Shown here in pieces: positions 48,203-61,386 of a stretch of 64,000 nucleotides of DNA (its first letter is position 1; each line of letters begins with the position of its first letter). Origin of the DNA: Pristiophorus japonicus (taxonomy: Eukaryota); assembly GCF_044704955.1 (NCBI RefSeq), contig NW_027251299.1:744001-808000 (forward strand). Direction: 5' to 3'. The notes beneath the pieces are model-generated. The model was not told the DNA's origin and made no database searches. It saw nothing but the letters and a program-made list of their open reading frames with translations. The position numbers and the translations under genes are program-made.

Positions 48203-50032
48203 AGGAAAAGCAAACGGGTCGTGGGGCTCAAGGGTCAGAGGGTATCAGATCGAGAAACTTACAGTGAGAGGTTATGGAGAGTTTAGAGCTCCACCTTCCA
48301 CCAGGTCAGTCGGAACGAGAAGGTTTGGGAGGTGGGAAATAAACGATTTAAACCTCCTCCCTCGCAGTGATAAGGTATTAATCCTGAGCTTTGTCTGGAG
48401 TTATGGTTCTTGTTTTTCTGTTGAGTCTGTGTGATCAGTGGTCCTCCCTGTTTGTTAGGTACAAATGTGGAGTTCCTCCCCCTTTTTGTTCATGTTTGTG
48501 TGTAGTGTGTGATGCGTCACCTGATTGAATGCCCGTGGTTCAGGGTTGGGATTTTTTGTGGGGGGTCTAATGTTTTGATTTCTGACAGTTTGCTTCTCTC
48601 TTTTAAGTTTTTTCTATCCCATTTTCCCCTTACTTCCTGTAAAAATGTTTTTTTGATTTTAGTAAATCATTTTTAAAACATTTGTAAATTTATTTTTGTT
48701 TTGTACTTTTTTTGGTTTTGTTATAGTTTGCGGGTTAGTTCTGTTCTGTTTTTGTTATAACTCTCTTCGTTCAGTCCAGTCTTTTGTTTTATTCCTGATT
48801 TGGTTCGCTGTGTCATCTATTGTTCCCGATTGTTGTGGGCCCTTCTGGTTCCTGGTCTTCTCGGGGGAGGGCGGCTTGGCACTCTGTTTTACACACATTT
48901 CTGTTTAGCTCCTGTTTCCATGAGGCGGAGGCAAGGGGTGGGGGTAGATTTAGGGGCATTTAGAGAAAGGACTTGGGGTTAGGGTCTGCATTAATATATT
49001 TTAGGTTAGTGTTCAGTCTTGGGGATCTAGTGTCTGGGGTTAGGATTGAGTTTGGAAGCTGTGGTGTGGGCCGTGCAGCATTAGGTTAGGTTCGGTTTCA
49101 AGGGATTAGGATCCAGAGTAAGGGTTGGGGTTTTGGGTTGTGGTCTGCACTGTTATGTTTTATGTTAGGGTTAGATTTTAGGGGGGTTCGGGTCCTGGGT
49201 TAGGGTTTGGTTTTGGGGTAGGAGTCTGTGTTTACACGTTTTGTGTTTAGGTTTCTGAGGGTTAGGATTTAGTTTTAGGGTTAGGATTTGGGGCTGGGGG
49301 CTAGATTTTAAACTTCTGCTTAGGGTTCGTTCTTAGGGAGTTGGGGCCGAACTAGGTTTTGGGGCTGGAGTCTGGAAAAATGATTTCTTGGGTCTCGAGT
49401 TAATTTTATGGTCCTGGGTTAGGATTTGGTTTTGGGGCTGGGGTCTGTGTTTACAAGTTTTACCTATAGGTTTATGAGGGATAGGGTCTGAAGTTCGGGT
49501 CAGTTATTTTCATTATTTTAAATTATTTGAATTAAGAGTATGATTCTTTCTGTTCTGGTTACTTCTTTTTTGTTATCGGATTCTCTGTTCATGTTTGGGA
49601 TTATTTAGGGTTTATTGTTACAGTCTGGGAACAAGATTTGCTTCAGGTTTGGGCTCAGGCCTGAGAGTTCGGCTATTCTCTCACAGGGCCGCCCCTCACA
49701 GCGCCACTCCTCACAGTGCCGCCCATCACAGAGAAATGATCTGGGCTTGGGTATATGGGGCACGTGATTGAAATCTCTAGGGAACGCCAGAAAGGTCCCA
49801 TGGCCAACTGCGAAGTGGAGGTTAAGTGCTTTCATTGTCAATACACAGGTTAGTAATTGGATTAGATGTGAAATGAAATTTAATGCAGAGAAATGTGCTG
49901 CGATAGATTTTGGGAGGAAAGTAAAGGGAGGAAATGTACAATAAATGGTAAAACTTTCAATGGAGCATGGGAACAAAGAGATTTATGGTTGTAAGCTTCT
50001 AGCTAATTCCTTGTCTTACTGAATATCGAGAG

Positions 50033-53000
50033 TGTTAAATAGGTGTGCTTGTATTTACTCTGTACAGCCACCAGAGGGCTCATCCCCATAATCCCTTGGG
50101 GTCTCACGTATTTAAGGAGGCTTCACAGGTTTGATAGGCACTCTGGAGACCTGCAATAAAAGACTAAGGTCACACTTTACTTTGAGCTCACAGTATTCAG
50201 TCTGACGCTTTCTCCATACACACCAACTGGCCACAAGATACAAACAGCGAACCCAAAGATGCAGAGAACAGTGAGCATCCTGGAGAAATTCTCGGAGGGA
50301 GAAGTTTGGGAAACATTTGTGGAGCGACTCGACCAATACTTCGTGGCCAACGAGCTGAATGGGGAAGAGAGCACTGCCAAATGAAGGGCGATCCTCCTCA
50401 CCGTCTGTGGGGCACCAACGTATGGCCTCATCAAGAATCTGCTTTCTCCAGCGAAACCCACAGAGAAATCGTACGACGATTTGTGCACACTGGTCCGAGA
50501 GCATTTGAACGCGAAGGAAAGCGTTCTGATGGCGAGGTACCGGTTCTATAAATACAAAAGGTCTGAAGGCCAGGAAGTGGCGTGTTATTTCGCCGAGCTA
50601 AGAAGCCTTGCTGGACATTGCGAATTTGAAGGACATTTGGAGCATATGCTCGGAGACTTATACATAATTGGCATTGGCCACGAGACTATACTTCGCAAAC
50701 CTTTGACTGTAGAGACCCCAACCTTGAGTAAGGCCACAACGATAACCCAGGCGTACATTGCCATCAGTGACAATACGAAGCAAATCTCTCAACACACAAG
50801 TGCTGCTACAAGAACTGTGAACAAATTGATGTTGTTTTTGAATCATAATGTACAGGGCAGGACAAACATACCTGCAGCTGCACGTCCGCAGATGACTCAA
50901 AGTCCATTATCAAGGATGATGAAGGCAAGGCCATTAACATCTTGTTGGCGCTGACGTGGTAGTCATCGATTCCATTCATGCCGATTCAAAGAGTACGTTT
51001 ACAAGGGCTGTGCAACAATGGGACATGTCCAACGAGTGTGCAGGCAAGCGGCAAAACTTCTTCAACCTGCAAACCACCATGTTGCAGAGGAGAACATATC
51101 CACAGAGGATCACGATGAACCAGAGCCTCAGACCGAGGAGGCAGAGATACATGCAGTGCAAACATTCACCACGAATTGTCCACCGATAATGCTGAATGTT
51201 GAACTTGTTGAACTAAATGGACTCCCGGTGTCAATGGAGCTGGACACATGGGTGAGCCAGTCCATCATGGGCGAAAAGACTTTCGAAATTTTGTGGTGCA
51301 ACAAGGCCTCAAGCCCAGTCAAAACTCCAGTTCGCACGAAACTAAGAACTTACACGAAAGAACTGATTCCTGTAATAGGCAGTGCTACCATAAAGTTATC
51401 CTATGATGGAGCGGTGCACAAGCTACCACTCTGCTTGTCACCGGGCGATGGTCCCATGCTGCTCGGCAGGAGCTGGCTGGGAAAGATACGCTGGAACTTG
51501 GACAACATCCGAGAGCTATCGCCCGCTGACGACACTCCATGGGCACAGGTCTGAAACAAATTTCCTTCGCTGTTCGAATCAGGCATCGGGAAATACCAAG
51601 GAGCAAAAGTGCAGATCCACCTAATTCCGGGGGCACGGCCCATCCATCACAAGGTGAAAGCAGTACTGCACATGATGAGAGAAAAGGGTAGAAATCGAGC
51701 TCGACCAGCTACAAAGCGAGGGCCTCATCTCACCGATCAAGAGAGTGAGAGAGAGAGAGAAACAGAGAGAGAGAGAGAGAAGGCGAGAGTGAGATAGAAG
51801 GCGAGAGAGTTCCAGTCCTCAAGGGAGACAACAATGTCAGAATCTGTGGCGATTACAAAGTAACTATCAATCGTTTCTCCCTGCAGGATCAATACCCACT
51901 TCCAAAAGCCGACGACCTCTTTGCAGCGCTGGCGTGAGGAAAGGCGTTCACGAAGCTGGATCTGACCTCAGCCTACTTGAGGTAGCAACTGGAGAAATCA
52001 TTGAAGGCTCTCACCAGCATCAACACGCACAAAAGTATTTTTGTTTGTAACAGAAGCCCGTTTGGAATTCGATCGGTGGCGGCGATATTCCAGAGAAACA
52101 TACAAAGTTTACTGAAGTCGGTCCCGCACACCGTGGTCTTCTAGGACGACAACTTGTACACAGGTCGGAACACAGATGAGCAGCTGCAGAATCTGGAGGA
52201 GGTTCTTAGTCGACTCAACCGCATGGGGCTCACCTTAAAATGCTCAAAGTGCGTTTTCCTGCCGCCTGAAGTGGACTACTTGGGAAGGAGGAATGCGGCG
52301 GACCGCATCAGACCCATCAAAGCGAAGACGGAGGCAATCGAGAACGCACCGAGGCCACAGAACGTGGCGGAGCTGCAGCTATTCCTGGGACTCTTGAATT
52401 ACTTTGGTAACTTCTTACCGGGTCTCAGCACCCTGCGAGAAGCACTCCATGTCTCACTAGAAAAGGGGCGAATGGGTTTGGGGCAAAATCCAAAAAAGGG
52501 CCTTTATAAAAGCGAGAAACTTGTGATGCTCGAACAAATTGCCTGTGTTGTATGATCCATGTAAACGTTTGGTGCGAACATGTGATGCGTCGTCATACGG
52601 TGTCGGGTGTGTATTGTAACAAGCTAATGATTTCAGGAAACTGCAACCGATGGTTTATGCATCCAAGAGTCTGTCTGAGGAGTCTGTCTGCAGAATGACT
52701 GGAAACGCAGTGTTAGCGCGTGTCTATGGGGTAATGAAAATGGATCAATATCTGTTTGGGCTAAAATTTCGAATTAGAAACTGAACATAAGCCACTTATA
52801 CCCCTGTTTTCCGAGAGTAAAGGGATAAATACAAACGCATCAGCCCGCATCCAGAGATGGCCGTTCATGTTGTCCGCATCCAACCATGCCATCCGCCACA
52901 GGCCAGGCACAGAAAACTGCGCCGATGCTCTCAGTAGGCTGCCATTGCCCACCACGGGGGTGGAAATGGGCAGCCTGCAGATATAGCCAAGATTATGGAA

Positions 53001-54587
53001 GCATTTGAGAGTGAGCAATCACCCATCACAGGACAAGCAGGACCTCTTATATCCTTAGTCAAAAGCTCTGTGCTTCACGAGAGTTGTTCCAGTGTCCCAG
53101 TGGAAATGCAGGAAGATATAAAGCCATTCCAGTGGCGCAAAGATGAAATGTCTATATCGGCAGACTGCCTGCTGTGAGGCAATCGAGTAGTGGTCCCCAA
53201 GAAGGGCAGAGGCACCTTCATCAATTACCTCCAAGTACCCGCACAGGCATCATAATGATGAAAGTGATAGGCAGATCCCACGTGTGGTGGCACAGTATCG
53301 ATGCGGACTTAGAGTCCTGCGTTCACAGATGTAACGCATGCTCGCAGTTAAGCAATGTACCCAGGGAGGCGCCTCTAAGTTTAAGGTCTTGGCTAGGGTA
53401 TACGTCGACTATGCCGGCCCATGCTTGGTAAAATGTTCCTTTTGGTTGTAGACGCGTACTCCAAGTGGATTGAATGTGAGATATTGTCGGCTAGCAAGTC
53501 TGCTGCCACCACTGAAAGCCTGCGGGACATCTTTGCCACACACAGCTTACCCGATGTTCTGTTGAACGACAACGGGCCATGTTTTCCCAATGCTGAGTTC
53601 AAAGAATTCATGAATCATAACGGGATCAAGCATGTCAAATCTGTGCCGTGTCAACCAGCGTCCAATGGTCAGGCAGAGAGAGCAATGTAAACCATCAAGC
53701 AAGTCTTGAAGAGGGTCACTGAAGGCTCACCCCAGACTCGCTTATCCCGAGTCCTGTTTAGCTACCGCACGAGACCCTGCTCGCTCACTGGGATCCCACC
53801 TGCTGAACTGCTCATGAAAAGAGCACTTAAGACAAGGCTGTTGTTAGTACACACTGAAATACATAAACAGGTAGAGAGCAGGCGGCTTCAACAAAGTGCG
53901 CACCATGACAGCACAAATGTGTCACGCGATATTGAATTCAGTGATCCTGTATTTGTATTAAATTATGGACCAGGTCCCAAGTGGATTCCCGGCACTGTCG
54001 TGGCCAAAGAGGGGAGCAGGGTGTGTCGGGTCAAACTTTCAAATGCACTCATTCACCGGAAACACTTGGACCAAATCAAACTCAGATTCACGGACTATCC
54101 TGAGCAACCCACATTGGACCCTTCATTTTTTGATCCACCAACACACCACACGCTAGTGGGAACTGACACCACATTGATCACGAAGTAGAACGCATCATCC
54201 ACAGCAGCCCTGCAGGACACAACACACCAGGCAGCCCAGCAAGGCCAGCTGCACAGCAGCCCAGCGAGGACCCAAAAAATTATTCAACTACACCAGCTTT
54301 CACACCGAGATGATCAAGCAGGATAATAAGGGCCCCAGATCGACTCCCATTGTCAATAGTTATACTATTTGCGTGAATGTTGTTATATATGTGGGCTTGT
54401 AGTTACACTGTGCAGCCACCAGTAGGCGCATTCCCCGGAATGCCAAGGGATCCCATAATCCCTTGGGAGCACAGATATTTCAGAAGGCTTCACAGGTTGG
54501 AGAGGCAGTCTGGAGACCTGCAATAGAAGACTAAGGTCACACTTTACTTTGAACTCACAGTGTTCAGTCTGACTCTTTCTCCATACA
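50033..54587 (+). mobile_element. Decayed Ty3/Gypsy LTR retrotransposon (LTRs about 50033-50226 and 54381-54587)
   Basis: Paired diverged LTRs, TGG PBS-like at 50228, gag, protease (MELDTW, LLGRSWL), RT, RNase H (CDASSYG) and integrase (VVDAYSKW, DNGP) in Gypsy order; many stops and frameshifts. Confidence 0.93.
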
Positions 54588-54849
54588 TTAGTCTTACATC
54601 ACAATTTCAATTTTCCCGCCTATCGCATTGCCTGTATCTTGCGGTGCTCACTGGGCAGAAGGCTGCAAATGTACCTGCAGACGCTGTGTGATCCCGAACC
54701 TCTCTCTCAAATAAAGTCTCTCCAACTTTAGTCTCTTTCTTTGCTTTCTGTGTGTGTACAGTAAAAACGGAACGACTGTCTGTTTGTCACATAGGCCCCA
54801 GGCATTAGGTGTCACTCCCAGAGTTTGAGCTCCCTGGACTTTCTGTGCC

Positions 54850-56635
54850 ATATCTAATCCGTGCTGTAGCTGACCTTGCATTGTGTGGTGGAACTGTGTC
54901 GATGGTGTTTTGCTCTGTATCTAACCCGTGCTGGACCTGCCCTGGGAGTGTGTTGGTACATTGCAGATGGGACTGTACTCTCTGTATCTAACCCATGCTG
55001 TACATGCTCCGGGAGTGTTTGACGGGACAGTGTTCAGGGAGCTTTACTCTGTATCTAACCCGTGCTGTACCTCACCTGGGAGTGTTTGATGGGACAGTGT
55101 AGAGGGAGCTTTACTCTGTATCTAACCCCCTGTACATGCCCTGGGAGTGTTTCATGGGACAGTGTAGAGAGAGCTTTACTCTGTATCTAACCCCCTGTAC
55201 CTGCCCTGGGAGTGTTTGATGGGACAGTGTAGCCGGAAAGTTACTCTGTATCTAACCCCCTCTACCTGCACTGGGAGTGTTTGATGGGACAGTGTAGAGG
55301 GAGCATAACTCTGTATCTAACCCCCTGTACCTGCCTTGGGAGTGTTTGATGGGACAGTGTAGAGGGAGCTTTACTCTGTATCTAACCCGTGTTGTACCTG
55401 CCCTGGGAGTGATTGATGGGACAGTGTAGCCGGAGATTTACTCTGGATCTAACCCGTGCTGTACCTACCCTGGGAGTGTTTGATGGGATAGTGCAGAGGG
55501 AGCTTTACTCTGTATCTAACCCGTGCTGTACCTGCCCTGAGAGTGTTTGATGGGCAGTGTAGAGGGAGCTTTACTCTGTATCTAACCCCCTGTGACTGCC
55601 CTGGGAGTGTTTGATGGGAAAGTGTAGAGGGAGCATAACTCTGTATCTAACCCCCTGTACCTACCTTGAGAGTGTTTGATGGGACAGTGTAGAGGGAGCA
55701 CAACTCTGTATCTAACCCCCTGTACCTGCCTTGGGAGTGTTTGATGGGACAGTGTAGAGGGAGCTTTACTCTGTATCTAACCCGTGCTGTACCTGCCCAG
55801 GGAGTGTTTGATGGGACAGTGTAGCCGGAGATTTACTCTGTATCTAACCCGTGTTGTACCTGACCTGGGAGTGATTGATGGGACAGTGTAGCCGGAGATT
55901 TACTCTGGATATAACCCGTGCTGTACCTGCCCTGGGAGTGTTTGATGGGATAGTGCAGAGAGAGCTTTAATTTGTATCGGACCCGTGCTGTACTTGCCTT
56001 GGGAGCGTTTCATGGGAAAGTGTAGAAGGAGCTTTTCTCTGTGTTTAACCAGTGCAGAACCTGCCCTGGGAGTGTTTGATGGGACAGTGTAGAGGGAGCT
56101 TAACTCTGTATCTATCCCCGTGCTGTACTTGCCCTGGGAGTGTTTGATGGGACAGTGTAGAGGGAGCTTTACTCTGGGTCTCATCTGTGCTGTGCCTGCC
56201 CTGGGACTGTTTGATTTGACAATGTAGAGGGAGCTTTACTCTGTATCTAACCCCCTGTACCTGCCCTGGGAGTGTTTGATGGGACAGTGTAGAGGGAGCT
56301 TTACTCTGTATCTAACCCCCTGTACCTGCCCTGGGAGTGTTTGATGGGACAGTGTAGAGGGAGCTTTACTCTGTATCTAACCCCCTGTACCTGCCCTGGG
56401 AGTGTTTGATGGGACAGTGTAGAGGGAGCTTTACTCTGTATCTAACCCCCTGTACCTGCCCTGGGAGTGTTTGATGGGACAGTGTAGAGGGAGCTTTACT
56501 CTGTATCTAACCCCCTGTACCTGCCCTGGGAATGTTTGATGGGACAGTGTAGAGGGAGCTTTACTCTGTATCTAACCCCCTGTACCTGCCCTGGGAGTAT
56601 TTGATGGGACAGTATCAAAGGAGATTTACTCTGAC
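54850..56635 (+). repeat. 65-bp minisatellite array
   Basis: About 26 tandem units. Confidence 0.95.
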
Positions 56636-56997
56636 ACGTTCTATAATCTATCAGACGTTGATGCATCAGAGTATTTCTCTTTAACATAACCTGGCACGTG
56701 AAGGACCATAATATTAAAAGAGACTGCATGATCCGCCTGTTCGCTGTGCAGTCATATCGCCTCTGCAGCATAACGTAAAAAGGCTGGGGGAATTGTGTCG
56801 TTACAATGATCGGACACTAGGTGGCGCAGCGGCTCCTTCACCGAAGGGACTTGGATTCAAACACAACCCAGACAGGACGGGTGATGAATAACTCTCAGGG
56901 GAATAAAACAAAGTGTGATAGGGAAAGGGAACGATGTGAATGAGCCTTGGAGAAAGGAACTCAACAAAGTCCAATATATTCCATTTATCATTCATGA

Positions 56998-57003
56998 TTT
57001 ATT
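56998..57003 (-). promoter_or_regulatory. Candidate poly(A) signal of membrane IgM mRNA (alternative at 57347-57352)
   Basis: AATAAA on the minus strand downstream of the TM2 stop. Confidence 0.5.
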
Positions 57004-57415
57004 AACAATTTCACATAGAACAATTTACAGAGACGTTTTTAAAATGTTAACACGAATTGAATATAACAAATGAGAGTCACATTGAGCCTGGAACACACGA
57101 GGTCTGAGCTGCCAGCTATCTGTACAACTGTAACAGACACCAGGGAGAGAGAAACAGTTCAACATAAAGGGAAGGGAATAATTGTGGATCATGAATGAGA
57201 AAAGTGACGTCGTTATACATGAGATATTCAAACAATTATGAAACTCAGAGATACATTTACATAATAGCCACGAATATCTCACTTCTCAAACACAGAGACG
57301 AAAAAACTGAAGTCAATTGAATCCGGGAATCACCAAGAGGACCTAGTTTATTTTCAGGACACAGTGATGTTAATAACCAGATGAGGAAAATCCACGGCGG
57401 CCGAGATCCAGCCGA

Positions 57416-57424
57416 TCACTTGAC
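57416..57424 (-). CDS. IGHM: IgM heavy chain TM2 exon coding part (VK-stop)
   Basis: ctcttttacag|GTC AAG TGA, completing the KVK cytoplasmic tail. Confidence 0.9.
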   Translation of the reverse strand, partial: VK

Positions 57425-57562
57425 CTGTAAAAGAGGGACAAAAGATTGAAGCAGGGATTTAGTGCTTTGGGGCATTTATCTCAGGGTTGTTATCAATGAA
57501 ACGTTCAGAGATTTGGCAAACCGCTTCAGTCAGCTCGAAGCGAATGCACTGAATCTTCTCAC

Positions 57563-57690
57563 CTTCACCAGAGTGACGGCAGCGCTATAGAACATGCTCA
57601 GGAAGAACAGGATGATGAATGTGGAAGCGGTTGTCCAGATGTTGCCGCTCTGGCCCTCGTAGTCTTCATCCCAGATGTGATCTGAGGAAT
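57563..57690 (-). CDS. IGHM: IgM heavy chain TM1 exon
   Basis: (D)[42 protein letters not shown] with CART motif; ccgcag acceptor and gtgaga donor; missed by the ORF track. Confidence 0.95.
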
Positions 57691-58299
57691 CTGCGGAGAT
57701 GTAGAGGAGGAAAATATTCAGATCGTTTGCTAATCCAAAATATCGTATTATTGTTATATATTCTATTTTATTTCCTTAAGTTATTAGTTTGTTCTCTAAT
57801 TTGATGTTCAATATATGCCTTATGTTAAGTTAATCACTCCCAACAATCTATCTGTGTTCCTAATTCCACAGTCGCTCTTCCTTTCTGATCCTCCTACAGT
57901 CCGTGTTGGAAAATTTGACATTTTTCCTTCAATGTCACACGCTCATTGATTTTGTATCAATTTCATAGGATTTACCGTTCGGGAATAGTATGATGTAATA
58001 TCGAGGGAGGTTTACTGAGCGATACCGATTATTTTAACAATAGTTTTAGCGACCTAATTATTTGGAGACTGTCAAGGGGGCTGGGTTAGACGTCAGATGT
58101 GAGTTATAATCTTGATTAGTTTGTGACGGTCAGTGTTCTGAACATAATTAACTTGCATCAGTTTCCAACTAAGAACGTTAATTCAGTGTGTGTGTAGGAC
58201 CAGAATAGAGGAATGTGAGATATTATGACATCAGAAATGATGTATTTAATATAATGGTTGGGAGACTGTTCCAAGAGTGTATTTTAATTCTATATTCAT

Positions 58300-58980
58300 C
58301 GATAGCCTGATGTATTTTGTGCACTTTAGTGTTTACATATATGTGCATGACGATCACTTGTTCTGGTTTAGTCTGTGTTTGTGTGTTGATGTGTGTTAAT
58401 GTAATGTTGATATGCAAGTTTGCGGGTGTTAATGTGCGATTCTATGCATCTATATTTATGTGTAAGTGTGTGTTCATTTTCGTACGCTTGTGTACGTTTA
58501 CTTGTCGGTCTTTGTGTGTTTATATGAAATTTTGTGTATTTATGTTTAAATGTGTGTGTTTTGTATAAGTACGTTCATGTGTGTGTTTTTCATGTGTGTG
58601 TGTATGGTTATGTGTAAGTGTTGTGTATGTTTAGGGGTAAGCATGTGTGCGCTTATGTGTAAATGTGTGTGTTCGCATGTAAATGTGTGTGTGTGTGTGT
58701 GTTATGCGTTAGTGGGATTGTGTTGATGTGTGTGTTTATGCGAGTGTAAGTGCATGTGTGTGTGCGTGTGTGTGTGTGTGTTAATGCGTGTGTTTTTGTC
58801 TGTTTAGTGTTAGGGTGCGTGTGTGTATTTTTGCTGTCATTCAAACTTTCAGAGAGTACTAATAACTGGTTCAGACAATGACGGTGTGTATTATATTCTG
58901 GGCATGTGTAATATCCTGTGTAAGTGTGCCTATGTGCGTGTTTATGTGTAAGTCTCTGTGTGTTTATGTGTAAGCGTGAA
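58300..58980. repeat. Degenerate (TG)n region in the CH4-TM1 intron
   Basis: TG-rich low complexity. Confidence 0.85.
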
Positions 58981-59099
58981 CTTTCACAAAAACACACGCA
59001 ATCACTTTTGCACGCATTCTTCCCCGCTCTGTGTAAATGTTTTCAGCGTGAGACGCCAGGTGACGTCAGGCGACGGAATGCAACAATTCAACGATGGGC

Positions 59100-60955
59100 A
59101 TCTCTCCCTGGTGGGAATTAAGGGGTACAGTGGCTTAACAATTGCCGTTTCGCCTCACTGTGTTGGAGAATCGGAGACACAATGAGTTAACAATTGCCCT
59201 TTCCCCTCTCTCTGACGGGGCAGTGGAGGTACAGTGGGTTAACAATTGCCCTTTCCTCTTTCTCTGGTGGGGCAGCGGAGGTACAGTGGGTTAACAATTG
59301 CCCTTTCCCCTCTCTCTGGTGGGGCAGTGGGGGTACAGGGGGTTAACAATTGCCCTTTCCCCTCTCTCTGGTGGGGCAGTGGGGGTACAGGGGATTAACA
59401 ATTGCCCTTTCCCCTCTCTCTGGTGGGGCAGTGTGAGGTACAGTGGGTTAACAATTGCCCTTTCCCCTCTCTCTGGTGGGGCAGTGGGAGGTACAGTGGG
59501 TTAACAATTGCCCTTTCCCCTCTCTCTGGTGGTGCAGTGGGAGGTACAGTGGGTTAACAATTGCCCTTTCCCCTCTCTCTGGTGGGGCAGTGGGGGTACA
59601 GTGGTAAACAATTGCCCTTTCCCCTCCCCCTGATGGGGCAGTGGGAGGTCCAGGGGGTTAACAATTGACCTCTCCCCTCACCCTGATGGGGCAGTGGGAG
59701 GTACAGGGGGTTAACAATTGCCCCTTCCCCTCTCTCTGGTGGGGCAGTGTGAGGTACAGGGGGTTAACAATTGACCTTTCCCCTCTCTCTGGTGGGGCAG
59801 TGTGAGGTACAGGGGGTTGACAATTGCCCTTTCCCCTCTCTCTGGTGGGGCAGTGTGAGGTACAGGGGATTGACAATTGACCTTTCCCTTCTCTCTGGTG
59901 GGCAATGTGAGGTACAGGGGTTGGCAATTGACCTTTCCCTTCTCTCTGGTGGGGCAGTGGGAGGTGCAGGAGATTAACAATTGACCTTTCCCCTCCCTCT
60001 GTTGGGGCAGTGGTCTTACAATGAGTTAACAGTTGACCTTTCCCCCCTCTCTAGTGCGGTAGTGCGAGTACAGTGGGTTAACGATTGAACTTTCCCCTCC
60101 CCCTGGTGGGGCAGTGGAGGGTACAGGGGGTTAACAATTGTCCTTTCCCACCTGGTGGGGCAGTGGAGGGTACAGGGTGTTAACAATTGACCTTTCCCCT
60201 CTGGTGGGGCAGTGGGGGGTACAGGGGATTAGCAATTGACCTTTCCACTCGCTCTGTTGGGGCAGTGGGAGTTGCAGGGGGTTAACAATTGACCTTTCCC
60301 CTCTCTCTGGCGGGGTAGTGGGAGTACCATGGGTTAACAATTGACATTTCCCCTCCCCCGGGTGGGTCAGTGGGGGGTACAGGGGGTTAACAATTGACCT
60401 TTCCCCTCTGGTGGGGCAATAGGGGGTACAGGTGATTAACAATTGACCTTTCCCCTCTGTTGGGTCAGTGGGGGGTACAGGGGGTTAACAATTGACTTGT
60501 TCTCTCTCTCTGTTGTGGCAGTGGGAGGTACAGGGGTTTAACAATTGACTTGTTCTCTCTCTCTGTTGGGTCAGTGGGGGGTACAGTGGGTTAACAATTG
60601 ACTTGTTCTCTCTCTCTGTTGGGTCATTGGGAGGTACAGGGGTTTAACAATTGACTTGTTCTCTCTCTCTGTTGGGTCATTGGGAGGTACAGGGGTTTAA
60701 CAATTGACTTGTTCTCTCTCTCTGTTGGGTCAGTGGGGGGTACAGGTGATTAACAATTGACCTTTCCCCTCTGTTGGGGCAGTGGGAGGTACAGGGGTTT
60801 AACAATTGACTTGTTCTCTCTCTCTGGTGGGGCAGTGGGAGGTACAGGGGTTTAACAATTGACTTGTTCTCTCTCTCTGTTGGGGCAGTGGAAGGTACAG
60901 GGGGTTAACAATTGACTTGTTCTCTCTCTCTGGTGGGGCAGTGGGAGGTACAGTT
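59100..60955. repeat. 52/53-bp minisatellite (ttaacaattgccctttcccctctctctggtggggcagtgggaggtacagtggg) in the CH4-TM1 intron
   Basis: About 35 tandem units. Confidence 0.95.
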
Positions 60956-61342
60956 CCTGTTCCCGTGTCCCCCTCACTTCAGATCCAAGAGGGTGCGATG
61001 CTGCCAATTAAAACCGGCCCCAAATCTGAAGGGATGGACAACACGAGAAACAATGACACATAGATCTAAATGTGCTGCATTTGTTTGTCGGAAAATGGAA
61101 CTTTGCAGGTTCTGCCAGTGGGAAGAAAGTTGCTGAAATGACTTTGAGGAATCCTGTCATGAAAGAGCTTCACTCTGTCTCCAAACTGTGGTGTATCTGA
61201 GCTGGGAGCGCTGACTGTACAAGCTTTGTGCCCAAGTCCGACAAATATTCTGCTTCACATTAACAGCCCGCCCCTTGGCAAAAATAGGAAACAAAATTAA
61301 TTGAGCGGCTGTGTGTGTAACTCACGATTGGAAGAAAAGGCC

Positions 61343-61358
61343 TTTATTGGTTTTTATT
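61343..61358 (-). promoter_or_regulatory. Tandem poly(A) signals of secreted IgM mRNA
   Basis: AATAAA on the minus strand at 61353-61358 and 61343-61348, about 30-40 nt after the stop. Confidence 0.8.
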
Positions 61359-61386
61359 TAAGAACTGAAATGCAATCGAGAGATTC

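Noticed and set aside
57360-57398. CACAGTG heptamer as a V(D)J RSS
   Set aside because: No nonamer at 12 or 23 nt spacing; it lies in the TM2 3' UTR
59100-60955. Class-switch (S) region
   Set aside because: Wrong position (downstream of CH4), not AGCT-rich, and sharks lack canonical S regions
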